A DNA stretch of 54,554 nucleotides from Rugosimonospora sp. (GTDB taxonomy: Bacteria > Actinomycetota > Actinomycetes > Mycobacteriales > Micromonosporaceae): contig JBPYFB010000152.1 of NCBI GenBank assembly GCA_051986465.1, positions 1-54,554 of the forward strand, given 5' to 3'. This document shows positions 26,134-34,538 of the stretch, piece after piece. Position numbers and translations under genes: made by a program. Below the pieces are notes generated by a model, which had not been told where the DNA came from, made no database searches, and saw only the letters and a program-made list of their open reading frames with translations. Position 1 is the first letter of the stretch. Each line of letters starts with the position of its first letter.

Positions 26134-27386
26134 GCCGTCACCTCTGCGGGGATGGCTGGGACGCTGGCGGATACGGCCGTACCGGCGCCCGGCTCGGATT
26201 CGATAGCGAGGGTACCGGCGACCCGTCGCAGCCGCTGGCGCATCGCGGTCAGGCCGAAGCCGCCCTCGCCGTCGTGTGGGCGCGGCGGTTCCTCGGGTGT
26301 GAAGCCGCGCCCGTCGTCGCGGATGTCGAGGGATACCACATCGTCCATATAGGACAGTGTGAGCCCGACCCGCCCGGCTTCCGCGTGCTTGGCGACGTTG
26401 GCCAGTGCCTCCTGGGCGGTACGCAACAGGGACGCCTCCAGCTCCGGATGGATCGGGCGGGCGGTGCCGGTGGTGGTCAGCTGCGCAGGTACCCCCGCAT
26501 CCGCCGACCACCGCGCCACCACGGCGGACAGCGCCTCGGGCAGGGTCGCCTCCGCCAGCGCCTCTGGCCGCAGCGCGCGCACCGAACGGCGCGCCTCGGA
26601 CAGGTTCTCCCGGGCCAACCGCGCGGCGGTGTCGAGGTGGCGGCGCCGCTCGGCGTCGCTCCCGGTCTCCGCCGCCTGAAGTTGCGTGATGATCCCGATC
26701 AGGCCCTGGGCCAGGGTGTCGTGGATCTCCTGGGCCAGCCGCTCGCGCTCGTCGTGTACCCCCGCCTCACGCGCCGAGGCGAGCAGCTGCGCATGCAGGC
26801 CGGCGTTTTCCGCCATCGTCGACTCGAGTTTGCCGATTGTCCGCTTGTGCGCCTCGGTCTGGTCGGCTGCGATCCAGCTCAGGATCGTCACCGCCCCAGC
26901 GACGGCGGCGTTGAACAGAGTCACCACGATGAGCGAGGGCCACGCGGCGGCGGTCAGGGCGGCGGTACCGCCGATCTGGGAGAAGGACAGCAGTGCGGCG
27001 GTGGCGAGCACACCGGCGAGGCGCCAGCGCCCGCGCAGGCACTGCATCGTGTGGAGGTACCCGCTGAACGCGAAGTACCCGAAGACCGGGCTGCGCAGCA
27101 CCAGCGCCAGCGCCAGTCCGAGGAGTCCCACGAAGTACACCGCCTGCAGCGCGCCCTTGTCCGTCCATTGTGGAACGAGCGGGACCACGAGCCAGAGCGC
27201 CGCGACGCCCACCAGCGCCATGGTGCCGGGCAGTTGCGCGTGCGGTGCCCAGAGCACGTCGAGCACGGCGGAGACGGCGAGCGCCGCGTGGGGCACCAAC
27301 CGCACCCCACGCGTCAGCCATCGGGCCCGCCCGAACACCTCCGGATGCTGCCACCCGACATCCACCGCCATGGCCTGGCCCCTCAC
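26130..27386 (-). CDS. HisKA_3 sensor histidine kinase
   Basis: Polytopic N-terminus, H-box RLAQEIHDTLAQGLIGI, and a HATPase C-terminus. Start is GTG 27386 (GTGA overlap with the permease stop) or ATG 27371. Confidence 0.9.
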   Translation of the reverse strand: MRGQAMAVDVGWQHPEVFGRARWLTRGVRLVPHAALAVSAVLDVLWAPHAQLPGTMALVGVAALWLVVPLVPQWTDKGALQAVYFVGLLGLALALVLRSPVFGYFAFSGYLHTMQCLRGRWRLAGVLATAALLSFSQIGGTAALTAAAWPSLIVVTLFNAAVAGAVTILSWIAADQTEAHKRTIGKLESTMAENAGLHAQLLASAREAGVHDERERLAQEIHDTLAQGLIGIITQLQAAETGSDAERRRHLDTAARLARENLSEARRSVRALRPEALAEATLPEALSAVVARWSADAGVPAQLTTTGTARPIHPELEASLLRTAQEALANVAKHAEAGRVGLTLSYMDDVVSLDIRDDGRGFTPEEPPRPHDGEGGFGLTAMRQRLRRVAGTLAIESEPGAGTAVSASVPAIPAEVTA

Positions 27387-28123
27387 TCCCAGCGGAACAG
27401 GCGTGCCGCCGCTACCGAGAAGAGTGCCAGGTAGCCGGCCATAACTGCCAGAAGCGAGGCGTGTGGCCAGGCACCCGTGGCCGCCTCACGCAGCGCGTGC
27501 TCGCCGGCGCCGAGCGGGGTGAGGTCGCTGATCCGGCGCAGTACCGACGGCATCACCTCGACCGGCGTGTACAGCCCGGAGAAGAACATGAGCGGGAAGA
27601 ACAGCAGTTGGCCGATGGCGGCGCTGGCCTTGCCGCTGGGCGCCACCGCGGCGACCACCAGGCCGAGGGCGAACACCGAGCCGGCGGCGAGGAGGAGGGC
27701 GAGCAGGTATCCGAAGGGCTGGCGGGGCAGCGCGACGCCGAATGCCAGGCTCGCGACCGCGATCAGCGCGACGATCGCCGCACCCCCGGTGGCCAGGCCG
27801 GCGACGAGCTGCGCGGCGAGCAGCCGGCTCGGCGGTACCGGAGTGGTGGACATGCGGCGCAGGATGCCCCGTTCGCGGTAGATCGCGAGCGTCGACGGCA
27901 CCAGCGACACGCCGGTGATCGCGAGCACGAACGCGATGCAGATCTGCGTGTACAGGTCGATGACGCGGGCACCGCCGAGCGCCGGGTTGTGCTCCCGAAA
28001 TGCCGGGATGCTGCCCAGTACGGCGACGAGGAACGGGCCGAACGCGATGCCGAAGATGACGGCCATCGGCTCGCGCAGCAGCACCTTGATCTCGACGGCG
28101 GTCATTTTGCGGAACAAGCTCAT
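27383..28123 (-). CDS. ABC-2-type transporter permease
   Basis: 246 aa with six hydrophobic helices. Overlaps the ATPase stop (ATGA). Confidence 0.85.
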   Translation of the reverse strand: MSLFRKMTAVEIKVLLREPMAVIFGIAFGPFLVAVLGSIPAFREHNPALGGARVIDLYTQICIAFVLAITGVSLVPSTLAIYRERGILRRMSTTPVPPSRLLAAQLVAGLATGGAAIVALIAVASLAFGVALPRQPFGYLLALLLAAGSVFALGLVVAAVAPSGKASAAIGQLLFFPLMFFSGLYTPVEVMPSVLRRISDLTPLGAGEHALREAATGAWPHASLLAVMAGYLALFSVAAARLFRWE

Positions 28124-29025
28124 GACTGCGACCTCCCGGTCAGCTTGACGAAGACGTCGTCGAGGCTGGCCTGCTCGACGCGGAGCGAGGCGGCGATGAT
28201 CTGCTTGCGGGCCAGCAGCGAGGTGACGGCGTGCAGGACGTTGCCGGTACCGGTGATCACTATCTGGTCGCCGTGCCGGCTCACCCCGGTCACCTCGGGC
28301 AGATCGAGCAGAACCTCGTCGGAGATTGGCGCGGAGGGCCGGAACCGGATGCGCTGCTCGGCGCCGATCTTCTCGACCAGCGCGGCGGGCGAGCCGCTGG
28401 CCACGACCCGACCGGCGTCGATGAGCGCAAGCCGGTCACACAGCCGCTCGGCCTCCTCCATGAAGTGGGTGACCAGCACGATCGTCACGCCCCGGTCGCG
28501 AATCCGCTCGATCAGTTGCCAGGTGTCGCGGCGCGCCTGCGGGTCGAGGCCGGTGGTCAGCTCGTCGAGGATGGCCACCCGCGGCTCGCCGATCAGGGCC
28601 AGCGCGATGGACAGCCGCTGGCGCTGGCCGCTGGAGAGCGCGGCGTAGCGGCTCTCCAGCTTTTCGGTCAGGCCGAGCTCGTCGGCGAGCGAGCGCCAGT
28701 CGGCGGGGCGGCGGTAGAAGGAGGCGTACAGGTCCAGCGCTTCGCGTACCTTGATCTTGTCAGCCAGCTGGCTCTCCTGCAGCTGTACGCCGACCTGCTC
28801 GCGGATGCGCGTCCGGTCCCGGCGCGGCTCGAAACCCAGTACCCGTACCGTGCCGGAGTCCGGCGCGCGCAGGCCACTGAGGCACTCGACGGTCGTGGTC
28901 TTGCCGGCTCCGTTCGGCCCGAGGATTCCGAAGATCTCACCCTGTGTGACGGTGAACGAGACATCGTCCACAGCGACCTTGTCGCCGTACCGTTTGCGGA
29001 GGTTGCTCACCTCGATGACATCCAT
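28120..29025 (-). CDS. ABC transporter ATP-binding protein (DrrA-like)
   Basis: GPNGAGKTT, LSSGQRQRLSIALA, AILDELTTGLD. ATG 29025 gives the usual MDVIEVSNLRKRYG N-terminus. Confidence 0.92.
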   Translation of the reverse strand: MDVIEVSNLRKRYGDKVAVDDVSFTVTQGEIFGILGPNGAGKTTTVECLSGLRAPDSGTVRVLGFEPRRDRTRIREQVGVQLQESQLADKIKVREALDLYASFYRRPADWRSLADELGLTEKLESRYAALSSGQRQRLSIALALIGEPRVAILDELTTGLDPQARRDTWQLIERIRDRGVTIVLVTHFMEEAERLCDRLALIDAGRVVASGSPAALVEKIGAEQRIRFRPSAPISDEVLLDLPEVTGVSRHGDQIVITGTGNVLHAVTSLLARKQIIAASLRVEQASLDDVFVKLTGRSQS

Positions 29026-29212
29026 GACTAATACGGTCCCGTGCCGGCGGCTTCGCCGCGTCGACTGGCCAGCTACGTCCCGGTACGGGCACGGTGGATT
29101 TCGGCGATCCACCAACTGGTTGATGCCGGTGAGCGTGATTCGTTTCAGTGGTGCTAGACAGTGGTAACGAGGTGGTACGCCGGGCCCGGGCCCGCTTTCT
29201 TAGGAGTTGTGC

Positions 29213-30202
29213 ATGAGAGCCGCGGTGATCAGCGCGCCCGGAGCGGTCGAGGTGACCACTGTGGACGATCCCAGCCCGGGCCCCCGGCAGGTCGTCGTCG
29301 AGGTGGCGGCCTGCGGCATCTGCGGTACCGACCTGCACATCCGGCGGGGTGAGTTCGCGCCGACCCTGCCGGTGGTACCGGGGCACGAGTTCGCCGGCCG
29401 GGTGGTGGCGGTCGGCAGTCTCGTTGACGAGGTGCGCGAGGGCGACCGGGTCGCCGTCGATCCGTCGCTGTTCTGCCACGAGTGCTACTACTGCCGGCGT
29501 GGCCGGAACAACCTCTGCGAGCGCTGGGCCGCGATCGGGGTGACCACCGCGGGTGGGGCCGCCCAGTACGCGCTCGCGCCGGCCGGCAACTGCGTGAGGC
29601 TGCCCGAGCACGTACGAATCGAGGACGCCGCGCTGATCGAGCCGCTGTCCTGTGCCGTACGCGGATACGACGTGCTGCGCAACCAACTCGCCACGCACGT
29701 GCTCATCTACGGCTCCGGCACGATGGGGCTGATGATGCTGGAACTGGCGAAGCGTACCGGCGCGGCAACCGTCGACGTCGTCGACCTCAACCCGGAGCGG
29801 TTGACGACCGCGCGGCGGCTCGGCTGCTCCGGCGCCGCCACCTCCGCCGACGAGCTGACCCGGCCACGCGGCTGGGACGTGGTCATCGACGCCACCGGCA
29901 ACGCCATGGCGATCCAGGACGGGCTGGGGCGGGTCGGCAAGGGCGGCACCTTCCTCCAGTTCGGCGTCGCCGACTACGCGACCCGGGCCACGATCGAGCC
30001 GTACCGCATTTACAACCAGGAGATCACCATTACCGGCTCCATGGCCGTACTGCACAGCTACGAGCGGGCCGCGGAGTTGTTCGTGGAGGGCGTGTTACAG
30101 CCGGACGTGCTGATCAGCCACCGGCTCCCGCTGGCGGATTACCCTAAGGCGCTGGACCAGTTCGCGGCCGGCATCGGAAGGAAGATACAAGTCATTCCAT
30201 GA
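29213..30202 (+). CDS. Zn-dependent medium-chain alcohol/polyol dehydrogenase
   Basis: ACGICGTDLH...GHEFAG zinc ligands and the structural-Zn CHECYYCRRGRNNLC. SD taggag lies 6 nt before ATG 29213. Confidence 0.9.
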   Translation: MRAAVISAPGAVEVTTVDDPSPGPRQVVVEVAACGICGTDLHIRRGEFAPTLPVVPGHEFAGRVVAVGSLVDEVREGDRVAVDPSLFCHECYYCRRGRNNLCERWAAIGVTTAGGAAQYALAPAGNCVRLPEHVRIEDAALIEPLSCAVRGYDVLRNQLATHVLIYGSGTMGLMMLELAKRTGAATVDVVDLNPERLTTARRLGCSGAATSADELTRPRGWDVVIDATGNAMAIQDGLGRVGKGGTFLQFGVADYATRATIEPYRIYNQEITITGSMAVLHSYERAAELFVEGVLQPDVLISHRLPLADYPKALDQFAAGIGRKIQVIP

Positions 30203-31269
30203 GTGCGCTTGAGATCCTGGTCGTCGGCGACGAGTTCATTCCGGCCGCCAGCTATGAGGAGGCGTTCCGCGCCGAGCAGAACGGCGGAGGCGCTGACGGG
30301 CTGGTGTCGCTGCGTGGCATCCCGCTGGGCGGCAGCAAGGGCGAGCAGCACGCGGCACAGCAGGTGATGGAGCGCGCTGGGGCCAACGCGGTACCCGCCC
30401 CGCCCGAGCTGCTCGCGGCGGTACCCGGTGCCGCCGCGCTCTGCCTGCACTTCGCGCCGGTCGGCGAGGCGGTGCTGGCCGCCGCGCCGCAACTGCGCCT
30501 GGTCGCCGTGGCGCGGGCCGGGCTGGAGAACGTGGACGTCGCCGCCGCCACCGAGCGCGGGATCGGGGTGGTACCGGCACACGGGCGCAACGCCGGAGCC
30601 GTCGCCGAGCTGCAGCTGGCCCTGATGCTCGCCGAGGCGCGCAACGTGGCCCGCGCCGACGCGAGCGTCAAGTCGGGCGGGTGGCGCAAGGAGTTCCCGG
30701 GCGCCCGGATCGAGGTGGCCGGCCGTACCGTCGGCATGGTCGGTTTCGGGCATGTGGGCAAGGCGTTCAGCAGCCGGCTGTCCGGCTTCGGCTGCCGGCT
30801 GCTCGCGTACGACCCGTACGCGAGTGACGCGGCGCTCGCCTCGGCCGGTGTGCTACGGGCGTCCACAGTGGACGAAGTCTTCGCGACCGCCGATTTCGTG
30901 GTGGTACAGGCGCGGCACACGCCGGAGACCGACCGGTTCATCGGCGAGCGGGAGCTGCGGCTGATGCGCCCCGACGCGTACTTCATCAACGTGTCCCGCA
31001 GCCGGCTCGTCGACTCCGGCGCCCTGCTGGCCGTGCTGCGCGAGGGCGCCATCGCCGGCGCCGGGATCGACGTGTTCGACGAGGAGCCGCTGCCGCCCGA
31101 CAGCCCCTGGCGCGAACTGGACAACGCGACGTTCACCACGCACTTCGGTGGCGATACCGAGGACACCAACCGGACCTCGGCGCGACTGGTCGCCACGGCG
31201 GTGCTGGAGTACGCCCGCACCGGCCGGGTCGCCCACGCCGTCAACGCCACCGAGTTGGGCTGGACGTGA
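30199..31269 (+). CDS. D-isomer-specific 2-hydroxyacid dehydrogenase family protein
   Basis: NAD-binding motif VGMVGFGHVGKA. ATGA overlap with the upstream gene. Confidence 0.88.
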   Translation: MSALEILVVGDEFIPAASYEEAFRAEQNGGGADGLVSLRGIPLGGSKGEQHAAQQVMERAGANAVPAPPELLAAVPGAAALCLHFAPVGEAVLAAAPQLRLVAVARAGLENVDVAAATERGIGVVPAHGRNAGAVAELQLALMLAEARNVARADASVKSGGWRKEFPGARIEVAGRTVGMVGFGHVGKAFSSRLSGFGCRLLAYDPYASDAALASAGVLRASTVDEVFATADFVVVQARHTPETDRFIGERELRLMRPDAYFINVSRSRLVDSGALLAVLREGAIAGAGIDVFDEEPLPPDSPWRELDNATFTTHFGGDTEDTNRTSARLVATAVLEYARTGRVAHAVNATELGWT

Positions 31270-32765
31270 CTGGGTATCTGCTTGGGGTTGACGCGGGGCA
31301 GACCGTCACCAAGGCCGCGCTGTTCGACGTGTCCGGCCGGGAACTCGCGGTCGCCGGTGCCGGTACCCGCACCGTGTCGCCGCGCCCCCGGTGGCAGGAG
31401 CGCGACATGGACGAGGCGTGGGTACAGACCGCGCAGGCGATCCGGAGCTGTATCGCGCGGGCGGGCGTGGATCCGGCGTCGGTACTCGCGGTCGGGCTGT
31501 GCGGGCACAACGACGGTGTGCACCTCGTCGACGCGGCGGGGCGGCCGGTACGCCCGGCGATCCTCGCCACCGACTCGCGCGCGTACGGGCAGGCCGAGCG
31601 GATGTCCACGGGCGAGATGGGTCGCCGCGCCCTGGAGCTGACCGGCCAGGTACCCGTCGCGTACAGCCCGGCACCGCTGCTGGCCTGGCTGCGCGAGTAC
31701 GAGCCGCAGGCCCTCGATCGCGCCGCGCACCTGCTGTTCTGCAAGGACTGGCTGCGGCTTCGCCTGACGGGCGAACTCGCCACCGACCCGAGCGAGGCCA
31801 GCGCCTTCTGCACCGACGTGCACACCCAGACCTGGTCGCCCGAGGTCCTGCAGCTGTTCGACCTCGCGGAGCTGACCCGCCTGCTTCCGCCCATTGTGGA
31901 CAGTGCCGCGGTCGCCGGTGCGGTGACACCGGAGGCGGCCGAGCTCACTGGGCTGCGTGCCGGCACCCCGGTGGTGACCGGGGCGCACGACGTGGACGCG
32001 GCGGCGGTGGGCATCGGCGCGCTGGCGAGCGGCGCACTCTCCATCGTCATGGGTACCTTCAGCATCAACCAGGTGGTGGCGGCGCGGCCGGTGGCGGACG
32101 TGCGCTGGCAGGCGCGTACGTTCGTGCGTCCGGGGCAGTGGCTGCACATGTCGACGTCGCCGAGCAGCGCCTCGAACCTGGAGTGGGCGGTGCGCCAGTT
32201 CGGGCCGTGGGACTCGGGCGGGCTGCCCGCGCACGAGGCCGCGATCGCCGAGGCCGCCGTCACTGAGACCGCCCGCGGCGAGGGCGACGGGCCGGTGTAC
32301 CTCCCGTTCCTGTACGGGTCGCCGCACGGCGCCGGAGTCGGTGCCGCCTTCGCCGGCTTGCGCGGCTGGCACACCCGCGGTCACCTGTTGCACGCCGTGC
32401 TGGAGGGAGTGGTGTTCAACCACCGTTGGCACACCGAGGCGCTGGGCGAGGCATTCCCCGTACGGGAGCGGCCGGCCCGGCTGTGCGGCGGCGGCGCCCG
32501 AAGTCCACTGTGGAGCCAGATGCTCGCCGACGCGCTCGGCACGCCGATCGAGGTGACCGACGCGATCGAGGCGGGCAGCCGGGGCGCGGCGGTGCTCGCC
32601 GGGGTCGGCGCGAAGGTCTACGACGACCTGGACGAGGCGACCGCGGCGACGGTACGGGTGGTGCGCGGGTACCAGCCGGACCCGTCCCGCGCGGCGGAAC
32701 TGACCGCGCGGTACCGGCGGTACCGGCGCGTGGTGGACGCGCTCGTGGAGATCGCGGACGGGTAG
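31266..32765 (+). CDS. FGGY-family carbohydrate kinase
   Basis: N-terminal LLGVDAGQTVTKAALFD and C-terminal GGGARSPLWSQMLADALG. GTGA overlap with the upstream gene. Confidence 0.9.
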   Translation: MTGYLLGVDAGQTVTKAALFDVSGRELAVAGAGTRTVSPRPRWQERDMDEAWVQTAQAIRSCIARAGVDPASVLAVGLCGHNDGVHLVDAAGRPVRPAILATDSRAYGQAERMSTGEMGRRALELTGQVPVAYSPAPLLAWLREYEPQALDRAAHLLFCKDWLRLRLTGELATDPSEASAFCTDVHTQTWSPEVLQLFDLAELTRLLPPIVDSAAVAGAVTPEAAELTGLRAGTPVVTGAHDVDAAAVGIGALASGALSIVMGTFSINQVVAARPVADVRWQARTFVRPGQWLHMSTSPSSASNLEWAVRQFGPWDSGGLPAHEAAIAEAAVTETARGEGDGPVYLPFLYGSPHGAGVGAAFAGLRGWHTRGHLLHAVLEGVVFNHRWHTEALGEAFPVRERPARLCGGGARSPLWSQMLADALGTPIEVTDAIEAGSRGAAVLAGVGAKVYDDLDEATAATVRVVRGYQPDPSRAAELTARYRRYRRVVDALVEIADG

Positions 32766-32858
32766 CGGGCCTACCGGTCGGCAGGGTTCGACAAGATATC
32801 CGTACCCGATCTGGCTTTCTGACGTGCGCGGCGCGCTCCGGTAGGGTACCAATCAGCT

Positions 32859-33653
32859 GTGGTGATTCCGGTTCACGACGTCAACCCGATCCGCAAGACG
32901 CCCTGGGTGACGTACGCGTTGATCGCAGTGAATGTCATCGTCTTCCTGCTCACGCCCGCCTCGCGCAGCGTCGCGACGGCCACGCCGGGCCAGGTGTGCC
33001 AGCAGGCGGCCTTCTTCGACCGGTACGCGGCGATACCGCACGAGCTGGTGCACGACACGGCGTCGCCCGTCGTGGCCTCCGGCGCCGTGGAGAACACGCA
33101 GAGCGGGCCGGCCTGTGTCGCCACCCGCCCGAGCTACCACAAGATTCCGGCACTCTCCGTGCTGTACTCGATGTTCCTGCACGGCGGCTGGCTGCACCTG
33201 CTGGGCAACATGCTGTTCCTGTGGGTCTTCGGCAACAACATCGAGGACCGCTTCGGCCGGCTGAAGTACCTGCTGTTCTACCTGATTTGCGGTTACGCGG
33301 CGAGCTACGGCTACGCGCTGGCCAACCCCAACTCCGGGGTTCCGCTCATCGGCGCGTCCGGTGCCATCGCCGGCGTGCTCGGCGCGTACCTGGTGTTGTA
33401 TCCGGGCGCGCGGGTCTGGAGTCTCGTGCCGATCCTGCTGTTCATACCGCTACGCCTGCCGGCCTGGCTCGTGCTGGGCGCGTGGTTCGTGCTCCAGTGG
33501 GTGTACGCCTCGGGCATCGCGGTCTCCTCGGCCGGCTCGGTCGGATACCTCGCGCATGTGGTCGGGTTCGCGGTCGGCGCGCTGATCGCGCTGCCGGTAC
33601 GGCGACGACAGCCGCCCCCGCAGTACCGCCGGGTCGGCTTCACCTGGGGCTGA
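32859..33653 (+). CDS. Rhomboid-family intramembrane serine protease
   Basis: FLHGGWLHLLGNMLFLWVFG and the catalytic GASGAIAGVLGAY. GTG start. Confidence 0.9.
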   Translation: MVIPVHDVNPIRKTPWVTYALIAVNVIVFLLTPASRSVATATPGQVCQQAAFFDRYAAIPHELVHDTASPVVASGAVENTQSGPACVATRPSYHKIPALSVLYSMFLHGGWLHLLGNMLFLWVFGNNIEDRFGRLKYLLFYLICGYAASYGYALANPNSGVPLIGASGAIAGVLGAYLVLYPGARVWSLVPILLFIPLRLPAWLVLGAWFVLQWVYASGIAVSSAGSVGYLAHVVGFAVGALIALPVRRRQPPPQYRRVGFTWG

Positions 33654-33677
33654 CCCAGCACACCGCGCGCACACCGA

Positions 33678-33701
33678 GGCGCCGCCATCCCGTGCGGCGC
33701 C
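33678..33701. terminator. Hairpin between convergent genes
   Basis: GGCGCCGC-catcccgt-GCGGCGCC, a perfect 8-bp stem. Confidence 0.5.
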
Positions 33702-33731
33702 CCGGCTCTCTGCCCAGATCAGTTGTGCGGA

Positions 33732-34421
33732 TCAGATGTGCAGCTGTACGACGTCGCCCTGGTCCTGCAGCAGCGCGTCCCAGGTCTCCCAGCTCAGCCA
33801 GAAGGTACCGTCGCCGAGGCCGCCCCACGTCGGGCCCCAGGACTGTACGCACCACACCCGGTGGTTCTCCACGTCGATCCCGTTGACCTCGATCTCGTGG
33901 CCGCCCCGGACGTACGCGCCGTCGTCGAGCCGAACCTCCCCTGTGGACTGTGGGTTGTCGAAGCTGCTGTACCACTTCACCCCGGTGATCACCGGGCCGA
34001 CCACCAGTGCGCCGAGCGCCTGGTGCAGGCCGAACGCGTGCCGGTACGAGGAGATGTACCCGGCGCGCCGAGCCGCCTTGGCCACCGCGAGCCCGGAGGA
34101 GCCCGTGTCGTCCGGCGGGTACACGCCGGGGTAGCGGTCCAGCCGGGTCGCCTCGGAGTACAGCTCGACCGCGTCCGTCTCGGTCAGGTCGCGGCCGTCC
34201 TTGAACAGCGGGTCGGTCATCAGTGCGCCGGCCATCGCGTTGCCGGTGCAGCTACCGAGCTGGCCCTGGTCGAACGGCGGGCAGTGGCGCTCGTGGCGGA
34301 CGGTCCGCAGCGGCGCGACCATCGCGGGAAAGGCCTTGCTGCGCTCGTCGTGGTCGATGTTGCGGCCCAGCCGCATCCCCGGCACCTGGATCTCGGGGAG
34401 GTGTTGCGTGCGATTGGTCAT
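33732..34421 (-). CDS. Papain-like (C1 family) cysteine peptidase with no signal peptide or prodomain, 229 aa
   Basis: Catalytic-Cys context DQGQLGSCTGNA, His context GGHEIEVNG, and QSWGPTWG. ATG 34421 follows SD ggagga. It is only the 3' end of the spurious 1140-aa ORF. Confidence 0.85.
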   Translation of the reverse strand: MTNRTQHLPEIQVPGMRLGRNIDHDERSKAFPAMVAPLRTVRHERHCPPFDQGQLGSCTGNAMAGALMTDPLFKDGRDLTETDAVELYSEATRLDRYPGVYPPDDTGSSGLAVAKAARRAGYISSYRHAFGLHQALGALVVGPVITGVKWYSSFDNPQSTGEVRLDDGAYVRGGHEIEVNGIDVENHRVWCVQSWGPTWGGLGDGTFWLSWETWDALLQDQGDVVQLHI

Positions 34422-34538
34422 CCTAGGTCCTCCAGCCGGTGACCTCGTGCTACTACTTACGGTTACGAGGAGCGCACACGGTAGGGCCGGGATACTGGGA
34501 GTCGCAATGGCGACAGGTACGAACGGATACGATCGGGT

